A program made the position numbers and the translations under genes. The notes beneath the pieces are model-generated. The model was not told the origin of the DNA and did not search any database. It saw nothing but the letters and a program-made list of their open reading frames with translations. DNA of 63,497 nucleotides, the filler included, from Octopus bimaculoides (lineage: Eukaryota), in NCBI RefSeq assembly GCF_001194135.2. It is 6 parts of 4 records of this genome, joined end to end, with 100 filler letters (N's around TTAATTAATTAA, not from the genome) between each part and the next. Parts side by side here need not be neighbours in the genome. Positions count along the whole stretch, not along the records: positions 1 to 24,157 come from NC_069000.1; 5 more parts are not named here. The stretch is one strand, 5' to 3'. This document shows, in pieces, positions 1 through 11,659 of the stretch; the first letter of the stretch is position 1, and the number at the start of each line of letters is the position of its first letter.

Positions 1-340
1 CCTATTGTCATAGGTGCCCTGGGAATGACAGCGAAACGGGCTGATTACTACCTAGCTCAGATACCAGGAAACCCCAAAATGGCTGAAGTTCAAAAGATAG
101 TGCTCATGGGAACTGCCCATATCCTACGTAAAATACTGTCTATGTTATCTCAAATTTTAAAGCAAACACATAATTTTCTTATGGTTTCTTAAACATTCAC
201 TTGAACAAAACTGTACAAATCCAAATATATGGTACCCTAGGCATAACACCTACATGAACTTCTAACCTGTTGTCTCTTGAGGTCTCTGGGTGAGACTTGG
301 ATCCAACTTGTACAAATGCAAAACAAAAGTCAAACATAAA
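1..340 (+). mobile_element. Dong/R4-clade non-LTR retrotransposon 3' end (REL endonuclease C-terminus + 3' UTR), followed by a (TAA)n tract at ~341-388
   Basis: Frame 1 reads PIVIGALG...VQKIVLMGTAHILRKILS, the C-terminal motif of REL-type R4/Dong ORFs; it abuts a TAA repeat. Confidence 0.8.
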
Positions 341-504
341 ATAATAATAATAATGATAATAATATTAATATTAATAATAATAATAATAAGCTTTCAAAAC
401 ATCTCTATAATCCTCTGTGGTTCATTTTATGCGTTTTGCTTTAGGTTATATTTTTGGTGGCGTCACTATAGGTCTAGGGTTAAGGTTATCCTGGTTCCGC
501 TCAC

Positions 505-739
505 CTAGTAGATCGTTTTTTCGACAGTTTGTTCCAGCAGCAGACTCTTCGCCACCAGTCAAGCTCCCCATTGGTTTATGCGTTCCTTGATGTCCCGGGT
601 GATGACATATCCGGCATGAGTTTTGGCTCATCATTAAAGCATTGACGGTAACAGGAGACGGGTCAGTTTGTTCAGGGTTGACTTTTTGACATAACACCGC
701 TTCCGTGTTCTTCGAATGGGCATGTTTGTCATATCGTAG
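505..739 (-). CDS. Candidate orphan coding exon (LRYDKHAHSKNTEAVLCQKV...SCRICHHPGHQG...KNDLL), product unknown
   Basis: Acceptor ccttatgcag|, donor ctag|GTGAGC, only one frame open across 235 nt, more GC-rich than the flanks; no recognisable homology. Confidence 0.3.
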
Positions 740-1016
740 CTGCATAAGGGTAATAGTTCAAAATTCACCTCTATTTTTTTGAGAGCTATGTTTCCAGGCG
801 TAACTCGTTAGTAATGTTTTAAATTGACTAATTTGCTCCTTTTTATATTCGTTTGAGGGAAGTCGCTCTGTTTTTGTTTGGCTTTGCTTTCATCTCATGC
901 CACGTGTATTTTTTTCTTTTTGTGTGTGTACGTGTATGTCGTGTAGGCATTATTTTTGTTGCTTATAAGTATCAAAATGTGCACTTGTATGCATGGACAG
1001 TTGCATCAGGAACTAC

Positions 1017-1098
1017 CAGGTTAACGTTCTTTAAAACGTTTCTAACTCTAAATGCAAATTCTGTGACACATTCTGTGACCATCACGTTTCGGCATGTC
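1017..1098 (-). CDS. Candidate upstream exon, phase-compatible with 505-739 (TCRNVMVTECVTEFAFRVRNVLKNVNL)
   Basis: Acceptor ttttatgtacgaatag|, weak donor ctg|GTAGTT, ends in phase 0 matching the next exon. Confidence 0.18.
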
Positions 1099-1125
1099 CT
1101 ATTCGTACATAAAACGAATACAAAA

Positions 1126-1772
1126 ATCGACACGACAGGGTAGGATAGCTTTTACTTAAAAAAATATGTAAACACTACAAAATCGGCACCCCATTCTGAA
1201 CTAGTCATTGCAGGTCAAAATGTCACTATCCTCTGGGAATTTCCATTCAACACCGACAGAAGGATCCAGGATAATCGACCAGATTAATTATTAAAGACAG
1301 GAAAGAAAATACTTGTAGACTAATAGATGTAAGTGTTCCCAATGATAAAATTATATCTGTAAAGGAATTTGACAAATTAAGTAAATATAAGGACCAGCAT
1401 ATTGAAAAATAAAAAAGATGTGACATCAAAAAGCAAGAACTGCTCCTGTTATTTTAGGTGCCCTAGGTAGGATAAAAAAGGGATGTCAGAAACATCTAGA
1501 TAACATTCCAGGATAAACATGTCTCAGAGAAATCCAAAAGATTGTGCTGAAAAGTACTGCCCATATCCTTAGAAAAACCCTATCAATTTAAACGTGTGTT
1601 GTATTACATGAAGATATTTCGCTACTGCCCCTGCTACTTGCCCTCTTCAAGCTTTCAAATACTGTAACATCTCTTATCCTTCACACGCCGTAGGTTTCTG
1701 AGTGTGTCTCGGCAAGTAATTGTAACAAAATTACAGATTAAAAGTAAATTGGAACAACAACAATAATAATAA
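1126..1772 (+). mobile_element. Degenerate Dong/R4-clade LINE 3' fragment (RHD motif + REL endonuclease)
   Basis: RHDRVG, ILWEFPFNTDRRIQDNRPD, CRLIDVSVPNDK...KEFDKLSKYKD, PVILGALG, with stops and frameshifts; ends in (CAA)/(TAA) repeats. Confidence 0.8.
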
Positions 1773-1980
1773 TCTTTTCTACTATAGGCATAAAGCCTGA
1801 AATTTGGGAGGAGGGGGCTACTCGGTTACATCGCGCCAGTGCATAACTGATACATGCTTTATCGATCCCGAAAAGATGAAAGGCCAAGTTGACCTTGCGG
1901 AATTTGAACTAAAAACGTAAACTAAGGACGACATATCACGAAGCATTTTGCCGGCGTCCTAATGATTCTGCCAGCTCACC
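1773..1980 (-). mobile_element. tRNA-derived SINE, family A
   Basis: Minus strand has a GAGCTGGCAGAATCATTAG A-box-like head, AGTTCAAATTCC B-box and the core shared with the 31457 and 32064 copies. Confidence 0.8.
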
Positions 1981-2179
1981 GATGATGACGATGAAAACGA
2001 TGACGTCGACGACGACGACGACGACGACGATGATGACGATGATGACGACAGTGATAATATATTTTATTTTCTACAGGGACGTCAGATGAGGAGAACATTT
2101 CAAAGTGTGAGTAGGGATTTACACAAAACTCGAATAGGATAAAAATTGAATGAAGTAAAATGTACACATACAAAAGAGA

Positions 2180-2525
2180 AATGATGATTCGGTCCTCCTG
2201 AAACAGGAGAGCCTTTCGGAAGGATTGGTGAAAGATCCCACACAAATCCAGCTTCATCCTGACACACCAAAGCCAAGACTCCACTTCCTTTCCTGATTCT
2301 TCGACTTACAGACGCTTGTTAAGAGTAGACTCACTGGCTTCTTCTATTTCAGCAATTTATTCTTCTTTCAGCCGATTTACCTCCAAATCAACTTCTACCT
2401 TCATCTTCCTTTCCAAATGGAACTTAAAAATGTCAATAAGGGCTTTATCGAAGGGGTGTCTACCTTCAGGTATTTCAGCCTCGTCCATCATACAATCTCT
2501 CTCGCCATAGCCAACAGATCAAAGA
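2180..2525 (-). mobile_element. Degenerate L1/Tx1-like LINE C-terminal fragment
   Basis: Broken frame FFDLLAMAREIV*WTRLKYLK / FKFHLERKMKVE resembles Tx1/L1 ORF2 C-termini (recognition from memory). Confidence 0.4.
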
Positions 2526-2721
2526 AAATCCTTACCCTTTCTGGTTAAAGTAGAAAGGCGTGAGCACATGCGCATGCGCGTGTGTATGTGATACACCCCA
2601 GTCACACACACACTTACACACACACACATATATATATATATATACACACTCACATACACACATATATACGTACACACACATATATATACATGGGTCCGGG
2701 AACAGGGAGTGAAGGGGTGGA

Positions 2722-2758
<37 letters not shown>

Positions 2759-2761
<3 letters not shown>

Positions 2762-3190
2762 TATTAAGGGATCGGCAAGCATTTGCTTCACCATATACGG
2801 AAGTTCAGAAATAGCAGCTAAAAAAGCTGAGACTCCAACAGATAGCATTACTTAAATTGAATTTTACCATTCATAATCCAGGAACGCGTCAATGTTTAAC
2901 TTTAAATGGTTAGTTTTCATTGTTTTTTTCTTCTTGTTTTTGCCTTTGTGAGTTACAAGTAATGCTATCTGTTGGAGTCTCGGCTTTTTTAGCTGCTATT
3001 TCTGAACTTCGGTATATGGTGAAGCAAATGCTTGCTGATCCCTTAATTATGTTTATAAATGTATGGGAACTTTTAAATAAGTTCTCCACCGATAATGGTG
3101 CTTACATACCGAAGGGCTTGGTAAAATTTATTAATTGTTGATTTATTAATAAATTAATAAATTGATAAATCTTTACCCTTTTAATTTGTT
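2759..3190. repeat. Foldback: ~95-bp inverted repeat (2759-2853 / 2957-3051) within a PLE-like terminal repeat, between (AT)n tracts
   Basis: Arms are reverse complements with 4 mismatches; ~103-bp spacer; decayed hammerhead-like core at ~3088-3120. Confidence 0.8.
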
Positions 3191-3371
3191 ATATATATAT
3201 ATATATATATATATATGCGAGTAAAAATAAATACAAAAAGGTGGGGTTTTTTGTATGATTGTGTATAGAGGAATATATTATTTTGCTTAAAAGAGTTCCA
3301 ACACTGTCTGTTTTTTATGTTTTATTTATATTCCTGCAGAACTAATATAGGGTAATATTATCAAACATGTA

Positions 3372-3557
3372 AGGCAGCGATCTGGCAGAATCGTTAGCAT
3401 GCTGGGAAAAATGTCCAATAGCATATTGTCCGTCTGAGTTCCTATTCACCGAAGTTGACTTTACTTTTCATCCCTTCGGGTTTGACAAAATAAGTACCAG
3501 TTAAACACTGGGGTTGATGTAAGCGACATATCTTTCCCCTGAAATTGTTGGCCTTGT
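3372..3557 (+). mobile_element. SINE family A (tail variant GGCCTTGTGCCAAAATTCGAAATCAAT)
   Basis: TGGCAGAATCGTTAG head; core TTTCATCCCTTCGGGTTTGACAAAATAAGTACCAG. Confidence 0.8.
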
Positions 3558-4397
3558 GCCAAAATTCGAAATCAATATCATCCACCATGTCTTTTTGTTC
3601 TCTTTTGTTTTTTTGTTTTAGCAGACAGTAGGCATGGTCTGTGGATGATTTGGGTACGACTTCTAGGCGAACGAAAGTAACCATGTAGAGACAGCTATGC
3701 TGCAAAGTAATGCTTCTAATAACTAAAAACTATATTTCAAAGTAATAATTCAAAATATTTACGCAGAGGTGTATGTATGTGTGTGTGCGTGAGCGTGTGC
3801 GTGCGCGCGCACGCGCACGTGCGCATGTATTTTTGTGTGTGTGCACACGCGCATGTGTATGTATGTGTTCTTGTTGCATCTTTTTCATCTGGAGTTAGTT
3901 GGATTTGCATTCTTAGTAATTAATTGTAATTAGCGAGGGAAGCAGTATGGCGCCAGTAACAGTACTCTATTATTTTAATTATTCTAATTAGAAAACATGC
4001 ATTTTGTGGATTATGGTATTGTTGCATATAGCTTTCCAATGAGTCAGTGTTTCCTTCATTACTGAGGCAAGAAAGTCTGAAAATACACTTGGTCAGGATA
4101 GCTAGTTTAAACAAATATATCAAACGTTTTTCATTGTGCATGCGCTAGAATTTGAGTACTTTTAAGCACTTCAGGTCTTTGAACATTCCCGATCGCAGCT
4201 GAGTGTCCTAATTTCGTGCTTATTATATACAAGTCTTCATTATATATACACACACACATATATATAATGTCTTTTTTTCTACATTTTTTCGTGCAGCTGA
4301 AGATTGCTCTTCATATTGCATTTAAGGTANNNNNNNNNNGAAGTAGCATGAAACGTGCGTACTGCAATCACTTTTGAAATCCGTGTTGCTTATTATT

Positions 4398-4440
<43 letters not shown>

Positions 4441-4500
4441 GAAAGATAGATAGATGGATACATACATACATACATACATACACACATATATATATGCATA

Positions 4501-4680
4501 TTCTTTTATTTGTTTCAGTCATTCGACTGCGGCCATACTGGAGTACCGCCTTTAGTCGAACAAATCTTTGTAAGCCCAGTACTTATTCTCTCGGTCTATT
4601 TTGCCGAACCGCTAGTTGCGGGGACGTAAACACACCAACATCAGTTGTCAAGTGATGTGGGGGGGGGGGACAAACGCATA
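4501..4680 (-). mobile_element. SINE family B (CR1-like 3' tail)
   Basis: Matches about nine other copies in the window (CGTCCCCG...GGTTCGGCAAA head region; CCAGCATGGCCGCAGTC..GACTGAAAC tail). Confidence 0.8.
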
Positions 4681-4834
4681 CACACAGACGTATATATTTA
4701 CATATATATTTACTTTATTACGTACAAGTATTGTACAGCTTTCCATTATTCTATCCTATTTGACCTGTGCTCCTTTAACATCCAGTCTGCCAATCTACAC
4801 TTATGTGCAAATCTTGATCTGCATTGATCTACCT

Positions 4835-6620
4835 TGATCTACCTGTCTCAATCCGGTGACAATTTCGAACATATAGGTAGTTCCACTGCTCGTTTTCACG
4901 CAGCACTGAGTTCCTATACAGAAACTTAAAGATGTTGATACATCTGTTCGGGGTCCCATTGAATCTCAAGATATGTCAGAGTGTATCTGCGTCAAATACT
5001 TACTTAAAGTCGATTAAAGTAATAAGCAGTTGCACTCTATGTTCTATGTTTTGCTCGGCTATATTGCACCAGACGATGATCTGTTCCACGCAGAATCAGT
5101 CACTCCGAAAATGTGCCTGTTCTCTTAACACAGCATCAATCTCCTTTAAACTATTCAGCAGGTACTGCAAAGAACTTCGCAATGTACGGATAAGAATGTA
5201 ACGTCATGGCAGTTATTACAGTCCACCTGGTTACTTTTTATGTGCAGTGGAACAACGATTTCCTCCCTCCAATTATGTTTGAACAGATATGTCAGGTATT
5301 GCACACCTGTCTCCTTGCCATACTACAACAGATCGGCAAGTATCTTGTCCATCCAAACTGCTTTTTTGTTTCTCAAACTGCTTTTTTGTTTCTCAAACTG
5401 CTTTTTTGTTTCTCAAACTGCTTTTTTGTTTCTCAAACTGCTTTTTTGTTTCTCAAACTGCGTACTGCCTAGTTCACTTCTGCTGTTGTATCAACTACGT
5501 TGGTGTTCAGTTCATTCATGATTGGTTCATTGCTCATCTCAAAGGTAACTGCTCTAATCGGTTGGCTGAGAAATTCAGGAAAATGTTCTTTCGAGTGCGT
5601 TACTTGTTCCTTCTTCGTTGTAAGCATTTTGCCATCGTTAGCCTTGACTGGTTCACTGAAGTTACTCGTCGCACTTGATAACTCGCACACGATCTTATAC
5701 AGAGTTCGCGAGTCGTTTCTGTCTGTAGCTTCTTGAGCTTCCATACCTTTTTCTAGCTATTGATGCTTCTTTCGTCTGCACATTTTCTTCACTTTTCAGG
5801 TAATCTTCATCGGAGAGTTTCCAATGATCGGTTACACATGCTTGATGTTTTAGCACTTTTTGATTTGGCCTGCTACCTTTCATCGATGCAAGTCTACGTC
5901 TCTGCTGTTATCCACTTCCCTTTGTTACAACCTCTTCTGCCTACGGTGATACTTGCACACTTTGTTACGGCCTATTGAAAGAACTTCCACTGCTCTTCAC
6001 AGTCTTTAGTATGATTCAGTGTTTGAAATCGCATTCGTCCTGTAACTTTGAACATCCAGCAGCAAACTAGATAAATTTTCCTGTGTCCGTTTCGAGACCG
6101 TGCTGTTATAATCCGCTCATTTATTGGTTTCCAGCCAACCAAATTTTTGCAGTTGCCTCCTTATTCAAGATAATGCCAGCTCCATACGCACTCTGACACT
6201 CCATGCCAGAATATAGAAACATAAATCCTTCTGATATCATGCGACATTGGCCTATGCCACGCATCTCATAAATGCCAAGGATGTTCAGATGGAAATTCTG
6301 CATTTCTCGAATCACTCGACCCAGTTTCCTGCGTTGGTATAATGCTCGCATTGGTATAACGACTTTCCATGTCGCGACTGTGGTGATGGTTCTGACGTTG
6401 AAGATCTGGCTATTTATGATCCGGGCTTCCTTTCGGTTTTGATTCGCATATGTCATTCATCCATCGTGAGATAACATACTTATACATCTATGTCCATCAG
6501 GAATACTCGTTTCATACTCGTTTCTGTACCAGATGAATATTTTTACGGGATGGTGTTCCTATCCTCACGCACAACTCTCCTCCGTTTTTAATCAGGCTTG
6601 GTACAGGCTTTGACAAAGTG
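4835..6620 (-). mobile_element. Degenerate RTE-clade LINE (5' UTR, APE endonuclease N-terminus, linker, RT N-half; 3'-truncated)
   Basis: VATWKV..LYQRRKLGRVIREM..LNILGIYEMRG (APE); NDSRTLYKIVCELS..DGKMLTTKKEQ; LREQAHFR..LIDFK*VFD..IVTGLRQ (RT); many stops. Confidence 0.85.
5354..5461 (+). repeat. Perfect 20-bp tandem repeat CAAACTGCTTTTTTGTTTCT x5.4
   Basis: Direct reading; no mismatches between units. Confidence 0.95.
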
Positions 6621-7021
6621 CAAAGTTACTTACGAGTATTTATAGGCATCAGGGTCTCCACTTGAGTTCAATGTACATTTGTTGTATAACTTCTTGATAC
6701 AAGCTACGTTTGTTACTTCTAGGTTCCATTCTTTACTTATAAAATTGTACTTCTTATTTCTGTAATTCTACATTTTCTTTTTCTTTCTTCTTTCTCTTTC
6801 TTTTTCCTCTCTTCTCCTTCACGAGTCATTATAGGAGGCATTGAATGCAGCGCATATTGCTTAGCATATATCTACAAAGTGTTTTTGTATATATTTTTTG
6901 TGGTACAATTCTACAGAAATTTGATTCTTGCACATTAGGTTTGATTTTAACTGAACCGTGTAAAAGACAAACGAGGAGTAAGATATTAATTTAGACATGA
7001 TATTAAAACACAAATATTCTA

Positions 7022-7345
<324 letters not shown>

Positions 7346-8053
7346 TGTGTATATACATACATATACATACATATACACCTACATATGATGATGACGATGA
7401 TGATGATGATGACGACGACGATGATGATGACGATGATGGTACCTGTTCCCTCCTGATCGAGGAAGTCTATCGCTGACTATTATTAAGTAGCAATACTCAT
7501 ACAATATGTCAACGACGCCTGTGCAAAGTTTTAGGTAGAATAAAGTTTACGAGGCCTCATAAACTTTTTCCACCTTACTGACATGATCTAGAGACTAGGT
7601 GAGGCAAGATATCTTGTGCAAATATAGTTTGCAGCCTCAAGAATATCGAATCGCCATGATCTTAAGCGGAAGCAGATGATTTTGGACACATGCATAAACA
7701 ATAGTTGCGGCATGCCTCCCTCTCAGTGAACTTCCAGCATGCCAAACACCAATCCTGAATACTTGAGTGCCTGTGCTACTGCACTGGGTTCATCTGTCCA
7801 TTTGACAGACTTTTATTTTGTGCTGCTAGGGTTCTAGCAACCCTCTTCGTCAGGGTAGGCTGGCGCGGGAACTGGTTTAGTTGCCGACGACCGGACCGTG
7901 CAACAGGTTGTACCAGTAACACAGCAGCACTTATGAGCGACTTCACAACAAACCACACAATGCCAGTTAAAACCAGATCCTCTCCATCACACACTCTCAC
8001 GCGCTAACGTACAAACGCACACATATATGTTCTCATACGCACTAATGTATATG

Positions 8054-9277
8054 CAAGGGTTGGATAAAATAATGGAAACACATTGAAATTTCAAACAAAT
8101 TTATTTTGATATGGTGTAGAACCGCTTTTGGCAGTAATTACAGCTTGAATTCTACGAGGTATGGACTCGTACAAAGTTTGAAGTGTTTCCAGAGGAACTT
8201 TTGTCTATTCTTCAGCTAAAACAGTCTCCAGTTCTTGTAGTGATGATGTTGGATGATATCGATTCCTTACTTGTTTTTCTAAAATGCACCATAAATGTTC
8301 AATGATATTGAGATCTGGGGACTGTGGCCAGATAAGATCTTCATCTTCACTAGATTGTTCCTCGTGCCATTTAGTAACAACTTTAGCTGTGTGAATTGGT
8401 GCATTATCATCCTGTAAGATTGCGTTTCCCTCCGGAAACAGTTCCGCAACCATAGGATGAATTTGATCAAATAAAATGCTTAAATAGTCTTGACTATTAA
8501 TTCTGCCTTGAAGGGAAACCATTGGGCCGGCGGATTTCCAAGATATAGTCCCCCAGATCATCACAGATACTCCTGCATATTTAACAGCTGGAAGAAGGCC
8601 GGTGGTCGGAAATATGGTAAAGAATGACTCGTCCGAGAAAATAACATTCTTCCACTTCTCTAGGAACCAATTCTGTAGGCTTTTACTCCATGCTAAATGC
8701 TTTGCAGCGTTTGTTTTTGAAAGTAGTTCTTTTCTGATTGCAGCCCTCCCGTGAAACCTGGTTTTGTGCTGCTCCCGGCGAACAGTTTTTGTGCAAACTG
8801 GGTTCTCGAGATGGTCATTAAGTTCTGCAGTAATTTTGGGAGCTGTACTTTTGTGATCCTTTCTAACAATACGCGTAAGTGTCCGACGGTCCCTATCTGA
8901 AAGTTTGGGCTTTCTTCCGGAGTTTTGTTTTGACGAGGAGGCTTTTCTCTGTTTCTCAAAGGCTGTCATTACTTTCGAGACAATACTTCTTGATAGACCA
9001 AACATTTCGACTGTTTTCGTTACGCTAACACCTGCCATACGAGCACCAACAATTTGACCTCTTTGAAAGTCCGATAGATCTGTCATTTTAATGAATTTTA
9101 ATTACTTTTTTCCGATGATATCAGAAAAGAAAGAGCAATTTTAGCAAGGCATATTAAGCAACCCTAATAATAAATAAAAAAGAAACATAAAACTAAACAA
9201 ACTTTTGACGGTTTTATAAATATTTCAGAATTATGATGCTTCGAGGCTAGTGTTTCCATTATTTTGTCCAACCCCTG
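8054..9277 (-). mobile_element. Full-length Tc1-family transposon, 27-bp TIRs, defective transposase (ORF 8205-9086), ancestral DD36E spacing
   Basis: TIRs CAAGGGTTGGATAAAATAATGGAAACA / TGTTTCCATTATTTTGTCCAACCCCTG, TA at right end; FSDES, QDDNAPIH, SPDLNIIEHLW; in-frame deletion after FPTTG and a C-terminal frameshift. Confidence 0.95.
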
Positions 9278-9569
9278 TAACTGCATATACTCACGCCTCT
9301 GTATACTCAGATATATACACATGCACACAAAAATTTAAATGCGTGTAAATGTGATCTAAGGTAAAAAGCTCACTTCTTGAGAATAGTACATTCAGCTTAC
9401 CCATTTCGAATTGCGGTTGAGAGACAATTCGTCACTCTAGTATGCGAATTGACACAGCTTCCTCTCTTAGCATTGTAATATAGTGGTGTGTAGTAGTTAG
9501 GATATTCACACGGAATTTACTCACGTAACCATTGCATTTATCTAGTACATCTTTTCTTTTGCCTTTTAT

Positions 9570-9870
9570 CTTTTGCTTGTTTTAGGCATTAGACTACCTT
9601 GAAGAACTTTTAGTGTATTCTACCGATCTCTTTAGTCGAACCACTAAGTTACGGGACATAAACATACCAGCACAGGTAAACACACACACACATATGTATA
9701 TATATATATATATGAAACAGGATTTCAGTTTCCTTCTATCCTTCTACCAAATCTACTTACAAGACTTTGGTCGGTCTGAAGACACTTGCCCAAGGTGCCA
9801 CACAGTGGGGCTGAAACCGGAACCATGTGGTTGGTCAGAAAGCTACTTACCACACAGCCACTCCTGTGTT
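9570..9870 (-). mobile_element. SINE B fragment + SINE C (9715-9870)
   Basis: Similarity to other copies; CCTTGGGCAAGTGTCTT CORE-like motif on the minus strand. Confidence 0.75.
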
Positions 9871-11515
9871 TAATTACTAAGCTTTCCTAAAGCTTTATAC
9901 TCGTATTTATGTTAAAGATGTCGTTGTATGTCTTCCATTTCGTTCCATTGTTTACTCTGCTAAACGCGTAAATCTCTGACACATACTGTGAGAAGCATCT
10001 AAATATTATCCCTTTGTTCATAAACTTATGGTAATAATTCCTGATTTAATTGATTACTTGAAATCTAAAATGATTCTCCCTTGATTTAATGCTTTAATTT
10101 TAATTAATTACTCGATAATTATCAGTTCCAACATTCATGAAAGAATTATTAATTCGTTTATACTTTTAATCATATATTTTCTAAATTTCTATCTACTCTT
10201 CAATACTCAGGCAGTTATTCATGCATTTATTCACCAAACCTGGACTACTGCTGTCAGAGAAATATTTTCACTCTTTCCTGTGCTTCAACATATCAATTAT
10301 CTATCTATAATTTCTGACCCCATTACGCAGCGAGGTCATTGTATTTAATGTTGCCAGATATTTTTCTTTCCTTTCTCTCTACTAAAGCGTTAACAACATT
10401 CCATAAATCGTTAACATAACCACACCTTATACTTCTACATTTGACCCCAAACACCCTCTCGATCTCATACTAATATAGATAAACACGCCCACAAAATTTT
10501 CAAAAACTCAGTTTATGAAGGAAACGTGACGAGTCTTCTAAGACACACGTATACACGCATAAACACTCCCCTCCACATATATATGCATATATGCATATAT
10601 GTATGTATGTAAATATGTATACGCGTGAGTATGTGTGTGTGAGTGTGTGGTGTATTTAATGCAGTGTTTCGTGATAGAAAGATCAACAAAAAAAGTACTC
10701 AATCCTGTAAGAGATAAATATTATTTATTTAAAGGATACAGTACATGTTTTAAGTGGTACTAATAGTTTCATTGGTTGAGAAATATCTCAAAAAAATTCG
10801 TCAGGCACAAACCACATACACACATGCACATACATACGCGGATATACAAAACGTAGGCTATACTACTAAATTTTAAAATGTAATTGCACAACAAACAANN
10901 NNNNNNNNNNNNNNNNNNNNNNNNNNNNNNNNNNNNNNNNNNNNNNNNNNNNNNNNNNNNNNNNNNNNNNNNNNNNNNNNNNNNNNNNNNNNNNNNNNNN
11001 NNNNNNNNNNNNNNNNNNNNNNNNNNNNNNNNNNNNNNNNNNNNNNNNNNNNNNNNNNNNNNNNNNNNNNNNNNNNNNNNNNNNNNNNNNNNNNNNNNNN
11101 NNNNNNNNNNNNNNNNNNNNNNNNNNNNNNNNNNNNNNNNNNNNNNNNNNNNNNNNNNNNNNNNNNNNNNNNNNNNNNNNNNNNNNNNNNNNNNNNNNNN
11201 NNNNNNNNNNNNNNNNNNNNNNNNNNNNNNNNNNNNNNNNNNNNNNNNNNNNNNNNNNNNNNNNNNNNNNNNNNNNNNNNNNNNNNNNNNNNNNNNNNNN
11301 NNNNNNNNNNNNNNNNNNNNNNNNNNNNNNNNNNNNNNNNNNNNNNNNNNNNNNNNNNNNNNNNNNNNNNNNNNNNNNNNNNNNNNNNNNNNNNNNNNNN
11401 NNNNNNNNNNNNNNNNNNNNNNNNNNNNNNNNNNNNNNNNNNNNNNNNNNNNNNNNNNNNNNNNNNNNNNNNNNNNNNNNNNNNNNNNNNNNNNNNNNNN
11501 NNNNNNNNNNNNNNN

Positions 11516-11556
<41 letters not shown>

Positions 11557-11659
11557 TGTTCATATACATATCCCTATACACACATGCACATACATACGCG
11601 GATATACAAAACGTAGGCTATACTACTAAATTTTAAAATGTAATTGCACAACAAACAAA

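Noticed and set aside
446-745. CRICH motif as a MARCH-type RING-CH or CCHC knuckle
   Set aside because: Downstream Cys/His ligands are absent or mis-spaced, so no gene symbol is assigned
3622-3676. Micro-exon candidate after a strong polypyrimidine tract
   Set aside because: Ambiguous frame and acceptor, no homology; such motifs are common by chance
5354-5461. 20-bp repeat as a CRISPR array; likewise the 95-bp and 141-bp arrays
   Set aside because: No unique spacers, no cas genes, eukaryotic context
10817-11658. ~83-bp direct repeat on both sides of the gap (10817-10899 and 11577-11658)
   Set aside because: Identical sequence flanking an N gap is most simply an unmerged contig overlap
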